From: Alphaproteobacteria bacterium
GTDB lineage: Bacteria > Pseudomonadota > Alphaproteobacteria > UBA828
Assembly (NCBI GenBank): GCA_963667785.2
Contig: CAXXMU010000002.1
Span: 896,001 to 960,000, forward strand
Reading direction: 5' to 3'
DNA length: 64,000 nt
The notes under the pieces are model-generated. The model searched no databases. It was not told the DNA's origin and was given only the letters and a program-made list of their open reading frames with translations. This document shows, piece after piece, positions 30,459 to 39,731 of the stretch (position 1 is the first letter of the stretch; each line of letters opens with the position of its first letter). Made by a program: the position numbers and the translations under genes.

Positions 30459-31217
30459 CTATTCGGCGGCAGCCCTGCCGGCCGGAGCCTCCGTGCCGAA
30501 CTGCTGCAACATCCCGGTAAAGGCCTTCTGCTCCGGGAACCTGTAGGTCTTCCACTTGCTTGTCTTGCGGCCGATCTCGACGATGCTCTCGGCCATCTTG
30601 GTGGCGCACACCACCCCGTCGAGCACCGGAATGCCGAGCTCGGCCTCCAGCCCGTCGGCGAACTCGGCGAAGCCGGCGCAGCCGAGGCAGATCGCCTCGG
30701 CATCGTCCTCGTCGCGGGCGCGGTAGCATTCCTGACGCAGCTTCTCGAGCGAGCCCTCGTAGTCCCGCTCCACGTCGAGCACATAGACCGGCGAGGTGCG
30801 CACGCTCACCCTGTGGCTGAGCCCGTAGCCGGCCACCATGTCCACCACCGGCACCCGGAAGCGCGGGATGATGGTGACGATCGCCACGCGGGCGGCGAGC
30901 TGGCACGCCATGTAGAGCGACGCTTCCGCGATCCCGATCACCGGCTTGTCGGTCATCTCGCGCGCGGCGTGCAGGCCGGGGTCGCCGTAGCAGGCGATGA
31001 TGTAGGCGTCGAAGCCCTGCTGGTCGCCCTTGCGGATCTCGTTCAGGATGCCGGGCACGCACAGGTACTCGTCGTAGAAGGATTCGATCGAGGCCGGCGC
31101 GTAGTCGGGCGTCACCGCCGCGACCTCGGTTCCCTCCCGCGCGACCGAGCGCCCCGCCACCGCGTCGGCGTCCGTCATGTCCTGCGACGAGTTGGGGTTG
31201 ATGATCATGATCTTCAT
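30459..31217 (-). CDS. Asp/Glu/hydantoin racemase (HyuE/allantoin racemase-like)
   Basis: IINPNSS, IACYGDPG and ICLGCAG (two catalytic Cys), PVLDGV. Start MKIMII at 31217 after GGGAGG. Confidence 0.92.
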   Translation of the reverse strand: MKIMIINPNSSQDMTDADAVAGRSVAREGTEVAAVTPDYAPASIESFYDEYLCVPGILNEIRKGDQQGFDAYIIACYGDPGLHAAREMTDKPVIGIAEASLYMACQLAARVAIVTIIPRFRVPVVDMVAGYGLSHRVSVRTSPVYVLDVERDYEGSLEKLRQECYRARDEDDAEAICLGCAGFAEFADGLEAELGIPVLDGVVCATKMAESIVEIGRKTSKWKTYRFPEQKAFTGMLQQFGTEAPAGRAAAE

Positions 31218-31365
31218 GGTGACCGCCTCCCTGTCGCAGCCGGGACCGCACGCGTCCCATGCTGCCTGATCCCTGAGCGAAGCGTACAACCGCGCGCGCG
31301 CCCGAGTCCACAATCGCGCCGCCCGAGACTCGCGCCGTCCGCGCCGCGGGTCCGCGCGCTCCCGC

Positions 31366-32511
31366 TCAGTAGCCGCACCAGCGGCGGGCGAGGATTTCGT
31401 AGACCTCCGCCGCCTGCTCGATGTGAGCCACCGGGCAGTACTCGTCCGTCTGGTGCGCCATGTGCATCTCGCCGGGGCCCAGGATGACGGTCGGCGGCCG
31501 CCCGTAGGCGGGGCTCAGCGCGGACGCATCGGTGAAGTAGGGAGCGCCGCGCGGCTCGATCGGCTCGCCGAGGATCGGCTCCATCACCGCGTAGATCTCC
31601 TGAATCCACGGGTGGGTGTGCGGCGTGTGCACGCCGCCGCAGTCGACGATGCGGGCAATCCTGTTCTCGTCGCCCAGATACCCCTCCAGCCCGGAGAGGA
31701 TCTTCGCGTGGTCCTGCTCGGGCAGAGTCCTGATGTCGACGGTGAACTCGGCGTGGTCCGGCACCGAGTTGAGGTTGAGGCCACCCTGCATGGTGCCGAC
31801 GTTGAGGGTCGAGCGGCCGAGCAGCTCGTGGGGCATCACGTTGAAATCGAACTCCTCGAGCCTGGTCACCGAGCGCGCCGCCTTGTAGAGCGCGTTGTCG
31901 CCGTGCTCCGGCATCGAGCCGTGGGAGGTGATGCCCTCGGTCTCCACCTTGAGCCAGAGCGCCCCCTTGTGGCCGAGAATCGGGTAGTTGGAGGTGGGCT
32001 CGGCGATGACGATGGCGCCGGCCTCGCCGAGCGCACCGATCTCGCCCAGATGGAAGGAGCCTTCGCAGCCCGTCTCCTCGCCGGCGCAGATCGCCAGCAC
32101 GATGTCAGCCGTCCCGCGCTTCCGTTCCTGCGCGAGCTTCAGGGCGACGTGGACGAAGGACGAGATTCCGGCCTTCATGTCGGTGGTGCCGCGGCCGAAG
32201 AGCTTGCCGTCCACGATCTCGGCGCCGAAGGGGTCGACCGACCATTCCTTGGCGCCGAGCGGCACCACGTCGATATGCCCGCCGAAGCAGAGCGGCTTCT
32301 TGCCGTCGCTGCCGTTGCCGCCCTCGCCGCGCAGCACCGCCACGAGGCTCGTCCGCTCCGGCGCGAACTCGTAGTAGGAGACCTCGAGCCCCGCCGCGCT
32401 CAGCATGTCGCCGAGATAGTGGGCGCACTCGACTTCGCGGCCGGGGGGATTGCGGGTGTCCATGCGGACGATGTCCCTGGTGATCTCCAGCGCGGACGGT
32501 ATGGGCGGCAT
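31366..32511 (-). CDS. M20 family metallopeptidase/deacylase (ArgE/DapE-like)
   Basis: GHIDVVP, GRGTTDMKAG, GEETG, IAEPT, HGSMPE, AHQTDE. Start MPPIPS at 32511. Confidence 0.92.
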   Translation of the reverse strand: MPPIPSALEITRDIVRMDTRNPPGREVECAHYLGDMLSAAGLEVSYYEFAPERTSLVAVLRGEGGNGSDGKKPLCFGGHIDVVPLGAKEWSVDPFGAEIVDGKLFGRGTTDMKAGISSFVHVALKLAQERKRGTADIVLAICAGEETGCEGSFHLGEIGALGEAGAIVIAEPTSNYPILGHKGALWLKVETEGITSHGSMPEHGDNALYKAARSVTRLEEFDFNVMPHELLGRSTLNVGTMQGGLNLNSVPDHAEFTVDIRTLPEQDHAKILSGLEGYLGDENRIARIVDCGGVHTPHTHPWIQEIYAVMEPILGEPIEPRGAPYFTDASALSPAYGRPPTVILGPGEMHMAHQTDEYCPVAHIEQAAEVYEILARRWCGY

Positions 32512-32705
32512 GGACTGGGTTCCTTCTCCCCGGCGGCACGCCGCCAGTATGGCCAGAGCGCCGCCGAGGGTCCAGATCGAGCGGGGCGCGCCCTGTGCCC
32601 GGAACCGACGCCGCACCTGAACCGCGGCGCCGCGTCTGTGCTAGGTTGCGCCCGGTTCAACCGGGGCCCGGCGCCGTCGCGGGCCGAAGGGGCGAGGAGC
32701 GGACC

Positions 32706-33701
32706 ATGGCGCGAATCGTGCGATTCCATGAGACCGGCGGGCCCGAGGTGCTGCGCCTCGACGAGGTGCCGGAGATGGACCCGGGACCCGGCGAGGTCCG
32801 GATCCGGATCGAGGCGATCGGGCTGAACCGGGCGGAGGTCATGCTCCGCGAGGGTATCTACCACGAGCGCCCGGTCTTTCCCTCGCGCATCGGCTACGAG
32901 GCCGCCGGCGTGGTGGAAGCCGTCGGCGACGGGGTGACCAACGTGAGCGAAGGCGAGCGCATCGCCACGGTCCCCTCCTTCGCGCTCTCGCAGACCCGGC
33001 AGGGGGTCTACGGCGAGAGCGCCACCGTGCCGGCGGAGATCGCGGCGCCCTACCCGGCGGCGCTGACGCCGGCCCAGGGGGCCGCGCTCTGGATGGCCTA
33101 TCTCACGGCCTACGGCGCGCTCGTCCGCTACGGCGCCCTCGGCCCCGGCGACGCCGCGATCGTCACCGCCGCGAGCAGCAGCGTCGGCATCGCCGCGATC
33201 CAGATCGCGAGGGAGCGCGGCGCCACCGTGATCGCGACCACACGGACCGCGGCGAAGAAGGATGCGCTCCTCGGCTTCGGCGCCGATCACGTCGTGGCGA
33301 CTGAGGAGGAGGACCTGCCGGCGCGGGTCATGGAGATCACCGGCGGCGCCGGCGCCCGCGTGGTCTTCGATCCGATCGCGGGGCCGCTGCTGACGACGCT
33401 CTGCGGCGCCTGCGCGCCTTACGGGACGATCTACGAGTACGGCGCGCTGCATCCCGGCGAGACCGTCTATCCCCTCATGCCGATGCTGGCGAAGTCGCTC
33501 ACCATCACGGGCTATCAGGTGCTCGACTTCGTGCGCGACGAGGCGCGCTTCGAGGCGGGGCGGGACTACATCTTCGCGGGCCTCGCGAGCGGCGCGCTCT
33601 CGCCCGTGATCGACGGGGAGTTTCCACTGGAGCAGATCGTGGACGCGCACCGCCACATGGAATCCAACACCCAGTGCGGCAAGATCGTGGTCACGGTGTG
33701 A
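32706..33701 (+). CDS. MDR-superfamily NAD(P)H quinone oxidoreductase-like protein
   Basis: GGPEVL, IGLNRAE, GYEAAG, TAASSSVG, GKIVV; no Zn-binding Cys. Start MARIVRF at 32706. Confidence 0.9.
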   Translation: MARIVRFHETGGPEVLRLDEVPEMDPGPGEVRIRIEAIGLNRAEVMLREGIYHERPVFPSRIGYEAAGVVEAVGDGVTNVSEGERIATVPSFALSQTRQGVYGESATVPAEIAAPYPAALTPAQGAALWMAYLTAYGALVRYGALGPGDAAIVTAASSSVGIAAIQIARERGATVIATTRTAAKKDALLGFGADHVVATEEEDLPARVMEITGGAGARVVFDPIAGPLLTTLCGACAPYGTIYEYGALHPGETVYPLMPMLAKSLTITGYQVLDFVRDEARFEAGRDYIFAGLASGALSPVIDGEFPLEQIVDAHRHMESNTQCGKIVVTV

Positions 33702-33792
33702 CGACGGGCGCATACCGCGTTGACCGCGGTTCCATGGCGGTGAGACACTAGTAGGGCCTGCGCGACGCCAGGCTCCCGCGGAGGACGATGCG

Positions 33793-35553
33793 ATGGCAAG
33801 CGGCACGAACGGACGCGAAGGCAGCGGATTCGAGACCGACGTGGTGACCCGCGAGATCGTGCGCGGCAAGCTGCTGGCGGTGGCCGACGAGATGGGCGTG
33901 GTGCTCGCGCGGAGCAGCATGAGCCCGGTCATCTACGAGGTGCTCGATTTCGCCTGCGGCTTCTGCGATGCGGACGGCGAGCTGGTCTCCCAGACCAACG
34001 GCATCACCGTCTTCACCGGGACCTTCTCGCTCCAGATCAACATCATCAAGGAGAAGTTCGGCGATCGCATCCGGCCCGGCGACATCTACATGCTCAACGA
34101 CCCCTACCACGGCGGCACCCACTACAACGACGTGGGCGTGATCAAGCCGGTGTTCGTGGACGGCGAGCTGTTCGCCTTCGCCATCTCGATCTCGCACTGG
34201 ACCGACATCGGCGGCAAGGCGCCGGGGTCGCTGCCGGCGGACGCCACCGAGGTGTTCCAGGAGGGCATCTGCTTCCCCGGCATCCACGTCTACAGGGAAG
34301 GCGAGCGCCAGGACGCCATCTTCGAGATGATCGCCGCCAACGTGCGCCTGCCGAAGATGGCGCTGGGCGATCTCAACGCGGCGCTGGCTTCCGTTCGCAT
34401 CGCCGAGAATCGCTGTCTCGAGCTCTGCGGGAAGTACGGCAAGCGCGCGGTCTCGGAGACCTTCCGCCACATCCTCGAGACCAGCGAGCGGGTGAGCCGC
34501 GAGGCTGTCGCCGCGCTGCCGGACGGCACCTACGAGGCCGAGGACTGGATCGACGGCGACGGCATCACCGAGGAGCGCTTCCGCACGAAGGTGGCGGTGA
34601 CCATCGACGGCGACAACATCACCGTCGACTATTCGGGCTCCTGCGAGCAGCTCCAGGGGCCGGTCAACTGCTCGCGCTCGGCGCTCGTCTCGGCGGTGAA
34701 GACCGTCTTCAAGGCGATCGTCGATCCCCAGTCGCCGTCCAACGAGGGCTGGTTCCGGCCGCTCAACGTGGCGGCGCCCGACGGCACGGTCTTCACGGCG
34801 ACCAAGCCCGCGCCGGTCGGCTGGTACTACGAGGGCACCGGGCAGGCCTCGGAGCTGGCGTGGAAGGCGCTGGCCCCGATCGCGCCCAAGCGGGTCAGCA
34901 TGGGCAGCGCCAACAGCCTGTGCGTGACCGTGCTCGGCGGCCATGACCGCGCCAAGGGCGAGCCCTGGGTGATGATCGAGCCGAGCATGGTCGGCTGGGG
35001 CGCCACGGACGAGCGCGATGGCAACTGCGTCACCAGCGCCATCACCAACGGCGACACCTTCAACTACTCCATCGAGCTGCTGGAGGCGAAGTTCCCGGTG
35101 CGGGTCAATCAGTATGCGCTCAACACGCCGGGCGGCGTCGGCGCCGGCCGCCATCGGGGCGGCTACGGCTCGATCCGCGAATACGAGATCCTGACCGACG
35201 ACGCGGTGCTTTCCGCCAGCTACGGCCGCTCGATCGAGAGGCCCTGGGCGCGCGAGGGCGGCGACGAGGGCTCGGTCAACTACTTCGAGCTGCACGTCGG
35301 CAACGACGCCCGCCGCGCCGCGCGGGCGCCGACCACGATCATGAAGCGGGGCGACATCATCCGCATGTTCACCGGCGGCGGCGGCGGCTACGGCGATCCC
35401 TTCGAGCGGCCCGCCGAGGAGGTTCTCGCCGAGGTGCGCGCGGACTACATCTCCGCCGAGCGCGCGCGCGAGGAGTACGGCGTCGTCATCGCGGCGGACG
35501 GGCGCGCGGTGGACGAAGAGGCGACCGCCACGCTCCGCGCCCGGGCCGCCTGA
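33793..35553 (+). CDS. Hydantoinase B/oxoprolinase family (ATP-dependent lactam hydrolase, B subunit)
   Basis: SPVIYEVLDF, NDPYHGGTH, HWTDIGG..PGS, GAGRHRGG, GGGGGYGDP.ER. Confidence 0.93.
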   Translation: MASGTNGREGSGFETDVVTREIVRGKLLAVADEMGVVLARSSMSPVIYEVLDFACGFCDADGELVSQTNGITVFTGTFSLQINIIKEKFGDRIRPGDIYMLNDPYHGGTHYNDVGVIKPVFVDGELFAFAISISHWTDIGGKAPGSLPADATEVFQEGICFPGIHVYREGERQDAIFEMIAANVRLPKMALGDLNAALASVRIAENRCLELCGKYGKRAVSETFRHILETSERVSREAVAALPDGTYEAEDWIDGDGITEERFRTKVAVTIDGDNITVDYSGSCEQLQGPVNCSRSALVSAVKTVFKAIVDPQSPSNEGWFRPLNVAAPDGTVFTATKPAPVGWYYEGTGQASELAWKALAPIAPKRVSMGSANSLCVTVLGGHDRAKGEPWVMIEPSMVGWGATDERDGNCVTSAITNGDTFNYSIELLEAKFPVRVNQYALNTPGGVGAGRHRGGYGSIREYEILTDDAVLSASYGRSIERPWAREGGDEGSVNYFELHVGNDARRAARAPTTIMKRGDIIRMFTGGGGGYGDPFERPAEEVLAEVRADYISAERAREEYGVVIAADGRAVDEEATATLRARAA

Positions 35554-35567
35554 CGCGCAGGGCGACG

Positions 35568-37613
35568 ATGGGCCGTCTCGCGTCCGATATCGGTGGCACC
35601 TTCACCGATCTCGTCTACTTCGACGACGCGCAGCAGAGCCTGCGCACCGCGAAGTCCCTCACCACGCCCGGCGACCTGACCCAAGGCGTCATCGACACCG
35701 TCGAGCTCTCGGGCCTCGCGCCGGCGGAGGTGGACTTCTTCGTCCACGGCGGGACCACGGTGATCAACGCCATCACCGAGCGCAAGGGGGCCAGGACCGC
35801 GCTCGTCACCACCGCGGGTTTCCGCGACGTGCTCGAGATCCAGCGCGGCAACCGGCCGGACCTCTACAACCTGCGCTTCGAGAAGGAGCGCCCCTTCGTG
35901 CCCCGCCTGCTCCGCTTCGAGGTGCGCGAGCGGGTGGATGCCACGGGCGCGGTTCTGAGGCCGCTGGAGAAGGCGGACCTCGACCACGTCGTAGAGCGCT
36001 GCCGGGAGGAAGGGGTCGAGGCGATCGCGATCCAGTTCCTCCACAGCTACGTCGCACCCCGCCACGAGGCCGAGACCGCGGCCTATCTCAGGGAGCGGCT
36101 CGACGGCGTCTCGATCACCGCCTCGCACGAGATCACCCGCGAGTGGCGCGAGTACGAGCGCGCCAACACCGCCGTGCTCAACGCCTACGTGCAGCCCATC
36201 GTGCAGAGCTACTTCGGGCGGCTGGAGGAGACGCTGGGCGGCGCCGACATCCGCTGCGCCTACGCCGCCATGCAGTCCAACGGCGGCACGACCAGCTTCT
36301 CCTGGGCCAAGGAGCACCCCATCACGCTCATGGAATCGGGGCCGGCGGCGGGCTGCAACGGCGCCGCCATCGTCGGCGACCTGTGCGAGGAGCCGCGGGT
36401 GATCTATCTCGACATCGGCGGCACCACGGCCAAGTGCACCACCATCGAGGACGGCGCGCCCAAGGTCACGACCGAGTACCGGCTGGAGTACAGCCGCACC
36501 CGGTTCGGCTATCCGCTGCGCGTGCCGGTGGTGGACATCGTCGAGATCGGAGCCGGCGGCGGCTCCATCGCCTGGCTCGACAAGGCGGGGCTGCTCAAGG
36601 TCGGGCCGGTCTCCGCCGGCGCCGATCCGGGGCCCGCGTGCTACGGCCGGGGCGGCACGGAGCCCACGGTGACGGACGCGAAGCTCATCACCGGCGTCAT
36701 CAATCCCACCAACTTCGCCGGCGGGCAGTTCGACCTCGACGAGGGCAAGGCGCGTGCCGCGATGGAGAAGATTGCGAAGGGACTCGGCACGGACGCCGTG
36801 GAGGCGGCGGTCGCCGTCATCCGCACGGTGGAAGCCAACATGATCAACGCGCTGAAGCTGGTCTCCATCCAGCGCGGCCACGACCCACGCGACTTCGCGC
36901 TGGTGGTGGGCGGCGGCGGCGGCCCCATGCACGGCGCCCCGCTCGGCCGCGAGCTCGGCGTGAAGGAGATCATCGTGCCGCTCTATCCCGGCCTCTTCTC
37001 CGCCTGGGGGATGCTGGCCACCGAGCCCCGCCGCGACTTCATGCAGACCGTGTTGCGCCGCGACGAGGAGGTGGAGGCCGGCGACGTGCGCGGGGTCTTC
37101 GCCGGCCTCAAGGAGGAGGCGGAGCGCTACTTCCGCACCGACGCCCACATGGGGCAGGCGGAGATCGCCTACGAAGGCCGCATCGACCTGCGCTACCTTG
37201 GGCAGGAGCACTCTGTGACCGTGCTCGTGGACATCGAGGCCGCCGAGGTCTCGTCCATCCTCGCGGCCTTCCACGATGCGCACGAGAAGACCTACACCTT
37301 CCGCCTCGACGACACGCCGGTCGAGTTCGTGACCTACCGGCTGACCGCGTCAGCCAAAGTCCCGCGGCCGGAGATGACGAGGCTGGCCTCCGACGGCCGC
37401 TCGCTCGAGGCCGCGGCGAGGCCCGCGCGCCTCGCCGACTTCGCCGAAGACGGCCGCCACGAGGCCGCCGTCTACGAGCGCGACCGGCTGCCGCCCGGCG
37501 CCCGGCTCGAAGGGCCGCTGATCGTGGAGGAGGCGACCGCCACCACGCTCGTCCATCCGGGCCAGACTCTCCGGGTCGACGACTACGGCTTCCTGAGAAT
37601 CACCGGCGCCTGA
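35568..37613 (+). CDS. Hydantoinase A/oxoprolinase family (ATP-binding A subunit)
   Basis: DIGGTFTD, HGGTTVINA, EYERANT, SGPAAG, DIGGTT, GAGGGSIA, SAGADPGPACY, RYLGQ. Confidence 0.94.
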   Translation: MGRLASDIGGTFTDLVYFDDAQQSLRTAKSLTTPGDLTQGVIDTVELSGLAPAEVDFFVHGGTTVINAITERKGARTALVTTAGFRDVLEIQRGNRPDLYNLRFEKERPFVPRLLRFEVRERVDATGAVLRPLEKADLDHVVERCREEGVEAIAIQFLHSYVAPRHEAETAAYLRERLDGVSITASHEITREWREYERANTAVLNAYVQPIVQSYFGRLEETLGGADIRCAYAAMQSNGGTTSFSWAKEHPITLMESGPAAGCNGAAIVGDLCEEPRVIYLDIGGTTAKCTTIEDGAPKVTTEYRLEYSRTRFGYPLRVPVVDIVEIGAGGGSIAWLDKAGLLKVGPVSAGADPGPACYGRGGTEPTVTDAKLITGVINPTNFAGGQFDLDEGKARAAMEKIAKGLGTDAVEAAVAVIRTVEANMINALKLVSIQRGHDPRDFALVVGGGGGPMHGAPLGRELGVKEIIVPLYPGLFSAWGMLATEPRRDFMQTVLRRDEEVEAGDVRGVFAGLKEEAERYFRTDAHMGQAEIAYEGRIDLRYLGQEHSVTVLVDIEAAEVSSILAAFHDAHEKTYTFRLDDTPVEFVTYRLTASAKVPRPEMTRLASDGRSLEAAARPARLADFAEDGRHEAAVYERDRLPPGARLEGPLIVEEATATTLVHPGQTLRVDDYGFLRITGA

Positions 37614-37690
37614 GCGCCCGCGCCGGCGGGACGGGCGGCGCTCGTGTCCCGATCGAGACGTTCGACCGCAGTGACGAGGTGCTCCCTGCA

Positions 37691-37785
37691 CGTCATGGCC
37701 GGGCTTGTCCCGGCCATCCACGTGTTTGCGTGGCTTTCGACAGGTCTGGCTGAGCGAGATGCCCGGAACAAGTCCGGGCATGACG
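37691..37785. repeat. Palindromic intergenic repeat (REP/RIME-like), copy 2
   Basis: CGTCATGGCCGGGCTTGTCCCGGCCATCCACG ... GATGCCCGGAACAAGTCCGGGCATGACG. Confidence 0.88.
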
Positions 37786-37816
37786 ATGAAGTTGGATGGT
37801 TCGTGCAGGGCCGAGA

Positions 37817-37990
37817 CTCCCCCTCCTCACCCCGGCCCTCTCCTCCCCCTTCCATGTTCCCTCAGTCGCCGGGCGCTCGCTCCGCGAGCTTGGCTACCGC
37901 GCCTTGCGGCGCGAGGGGGAGGAGAGGGAGAACGAGTCGCCGCCTGCGTTCCCCCTCCGCCTTTGGGGGAGGGGGACAGGGGGAGGTGGG
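37817..37990. repeat. CCCTCTCC...GGAGAGGG-type composite palindromic element
   Basis: Perfect 15-bp inverted repeat 37836-37850/37914-37928 enclosing two small hairpins, followed by a second hairpin TCCCCCTCC...GGAGGGGGA (37950-37976). Confidence 0.75.
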
Positions 37991-38032
37991 AGTCGTTCGA
38001 GCCGCTGTGACCCCGTAAGGTCGGATGGTGAC

Positions 38033-39628
38033 CTACACCGCGTCGGGACGGCGGGCGAGCGCGACGACGCAGCCCGTGGAGAGGAGCTGACCCGCGGTGA
38101 CGGCCGCGTTGGTGAGCGCCGTCGCCGTCACGCGTGTCGCATCGACCACGCCTGCCTCCCGCCAGGGACGGAAGCCGCCCGTGCGCGCGTCGAAGCCGAT
38201 CTCCGTGCCCGCGCCCTTCAGCGCTTCGAGGGCGAGCGAGGGCTCGCAGCCCGCTGCGTCGGTGATGCGGCGGAACGGCATGCCGAGCGCGCGGGCGAAT
38301 GCGCGGCGCTCGGGCTCTCCCGCCCCGTCCGCACCATCCTCGAGGGCGAAGGCGGCGCGCGCGAGCGCCACGCCGCCGCCCGGCACCACACCGTCGGCCG
38401 CCGCGGCGCGCGCGGTGTTCAGCGCGTTCTCGCAAGCCTTGTAGCGCGCCTTCCAGGCGCTCTCGGTGACACCGCCGACGCGGATGTTGGCAACGCCCGA
38501 GACCAGCCGCGCGAGGCGGGCCTCGTACTTGCCCCGGTCGTAGCTCTTCCGTTCGTGCTCGATGGCGTCACGAATCTGCTCGGCACGCCTTTCAACCGCG
38601 TGCCGTTCGCCGCTGCCGCCGAAGATCGTGGTGGAGACCCCGTCCACGACCGCCCGCCTGGCGGAGCCGAGCGCGACGGCGTCGATCTTCTCCGGGATGA
38701 GGCCCGTGTCCTCGCCGACCATGCGCCCGCCCGTGAGCACCGCCACGTCGTCGGTGGCGGCGTGGCGATAGATGCCCGATTCCGGCCCCTTCGCCGCTGC
38801 GCAGCGGACCGTGCCCTCGCGATGGTTGGTGAGCAGCGCCGCCAGCGCCTGGCCGGAGACGTCCTGGGCCAGCACCAGCAGGCTGCGTCCGCCCGCCCGC
38901 GCCGCCTCCAGCGCCGGCACCACCTGGGCCGTCTCGGTCAGCTCGCCCTGGCACATGAGGAGGTGCGGCTTGTCCAGCGCCACCTCGGTCTCGCCGGCCT
39001 TGAGCAGGAAGTTGCGCGAGAGCAGGCCGTGATCGAAGGCCATGCCGCTCATGTAGTCGATCGTCGTGTCCACGCCCTGATGGTAGGAGACGCTGATCAC
39101 GCCCTCGGGCCCGAGACGCTCCACCCCCTCGGCCACGAGGCCCGCGATCTCGTCGTCGCCGTCGGCGGCAATGCCGGCGAGCTGCGCGAGCATCGCGCGG
39201 TCCGCGACCGGGGCGCTCTGCCGCGTGAGCGCGGCCAGCGCCTCCTGCGTGAGCCCCTCGAAGCGACGCCGCACCGTGGGGGGATCGATCCCCGCCGCCA
39301 CCAGCCGCAGCCCGGCCTCGGCGAAGGCGCCGGCCAGCAGCGCCGTGGTGGTCGAGCCGTCGCCGACGGCATCGCGGGTCTTCTTGATGCAGGCCTTGAT
39401 CAGCTCGGTGCCGAGGGTCGCGAAGCGGTCGTCGTCCTCCAGGTCCCTGATCGCGGTGAAGCCGTCCCGGGTCATCTCGGGAAAGTCGTCCGCGCGCTCC
39501 AGCACCACGCGACCGCCGTGCGGGCCGAGGGTGAGGCCCGCAAGCCATGCGGTGCGGGCGAACCCCGCCATCAACGCCTCGCGGGCGTCGGCTCCGGTCT
39601 TGATGGACTTGGGCCGCTCAAGCGCCAT
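38033..39628 (-). CDS. Divergent GroEL/Cpn60-family chaperonin, no adjacent groES
   Basis: TLGPHG, TRDG, VGDGSTTT, GMAFDHG, LTGG, RLARL.SGVA.IRVGG.TE, GVVPGGG, AGVVD; full length (531 aa) but lacking the GGM tail. Confidence 0.92.
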   Translation of the reverse strand: MALERPKSIKTGADAREALMAGFARTAWLAGLTLGPHGGRVVLERADDFPEMTRDGFTAIRDLEDDDRFATLGTELIKACIKKTRDAVGDGSTTTALLAGAFAEAGLRLVAAGIDPPTVRRRFEGLTQEALAALTRQSAPVADRAMLAQLAGIAADGDDEIAGLVAEGVERLGPEGVISVSYHQGVDTTIDYMSGMAFDHGLLSRNFLLKAGETEVALDKPHLLMCQGELTETAQVVPALEAARAGGRSLLVLAQDVSGQALAALLTNHREGTVRCAAAKGPESGIYRHAATDDVAVLTGGRMVGEDTGLIPEKIDAVALGSARRAVVDGVSTTIFGGSGERHAVERRAEQIRDAIEHERKSYDRGKYEARLARLVSGVANIRVGGVTESAWKARYKACENALNTARAAAADGVVPGGGVALARAAFALEDGADGAGEPERRAFARALGMPFRRITDAAGCEPSLALEALKGAGTEIGFDARTGGFRPWREAGVVDATRVTATALTNAAVTAGQLLSTGCVVALARRPDAV

Positions 39629-39634
39629 GGGACG

Positions 39635-39662
39635 ATCATCCGCGCCAGCGAGCGGCGGTCAA
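39635..39662 (-). promoter_or_regulatory. Putative sigma70-type promoter giving a leaderless mRNA for the GroEL-like gene
   Basis: Minus strand TTGACC-N16-GATGAT-N6-ATG(39628); no Shine-Dalgarno upstream of the ATG. Confidence 0.5.
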
Positions 39663-39731
39663 CGGCGACGGCGGCGGCGGCGGCGCGACCGATGGTCCCG
39701 GCCGCGCCGCGCCTTGTCGAACGGAAGCGGA

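Noticed and set aside
37350-38018. Short ORFs containing MPGLVPGI / DARNKSGHD / GRDKPGHD-like peptides (also near 20357-20563 and 54547-54777)
   Set aside because: They are translations of the palindromic repeat arms, not a protein family.
38033-39628. Treating the GroEL-like gene as a pseudogene or as the housekeeping groEL
   Set aside because: The frame is intact and full length with host-like codons, but it is too divergent and lacks groES, so neither label fits. Decay cannot be fully excluded without dN/dS.
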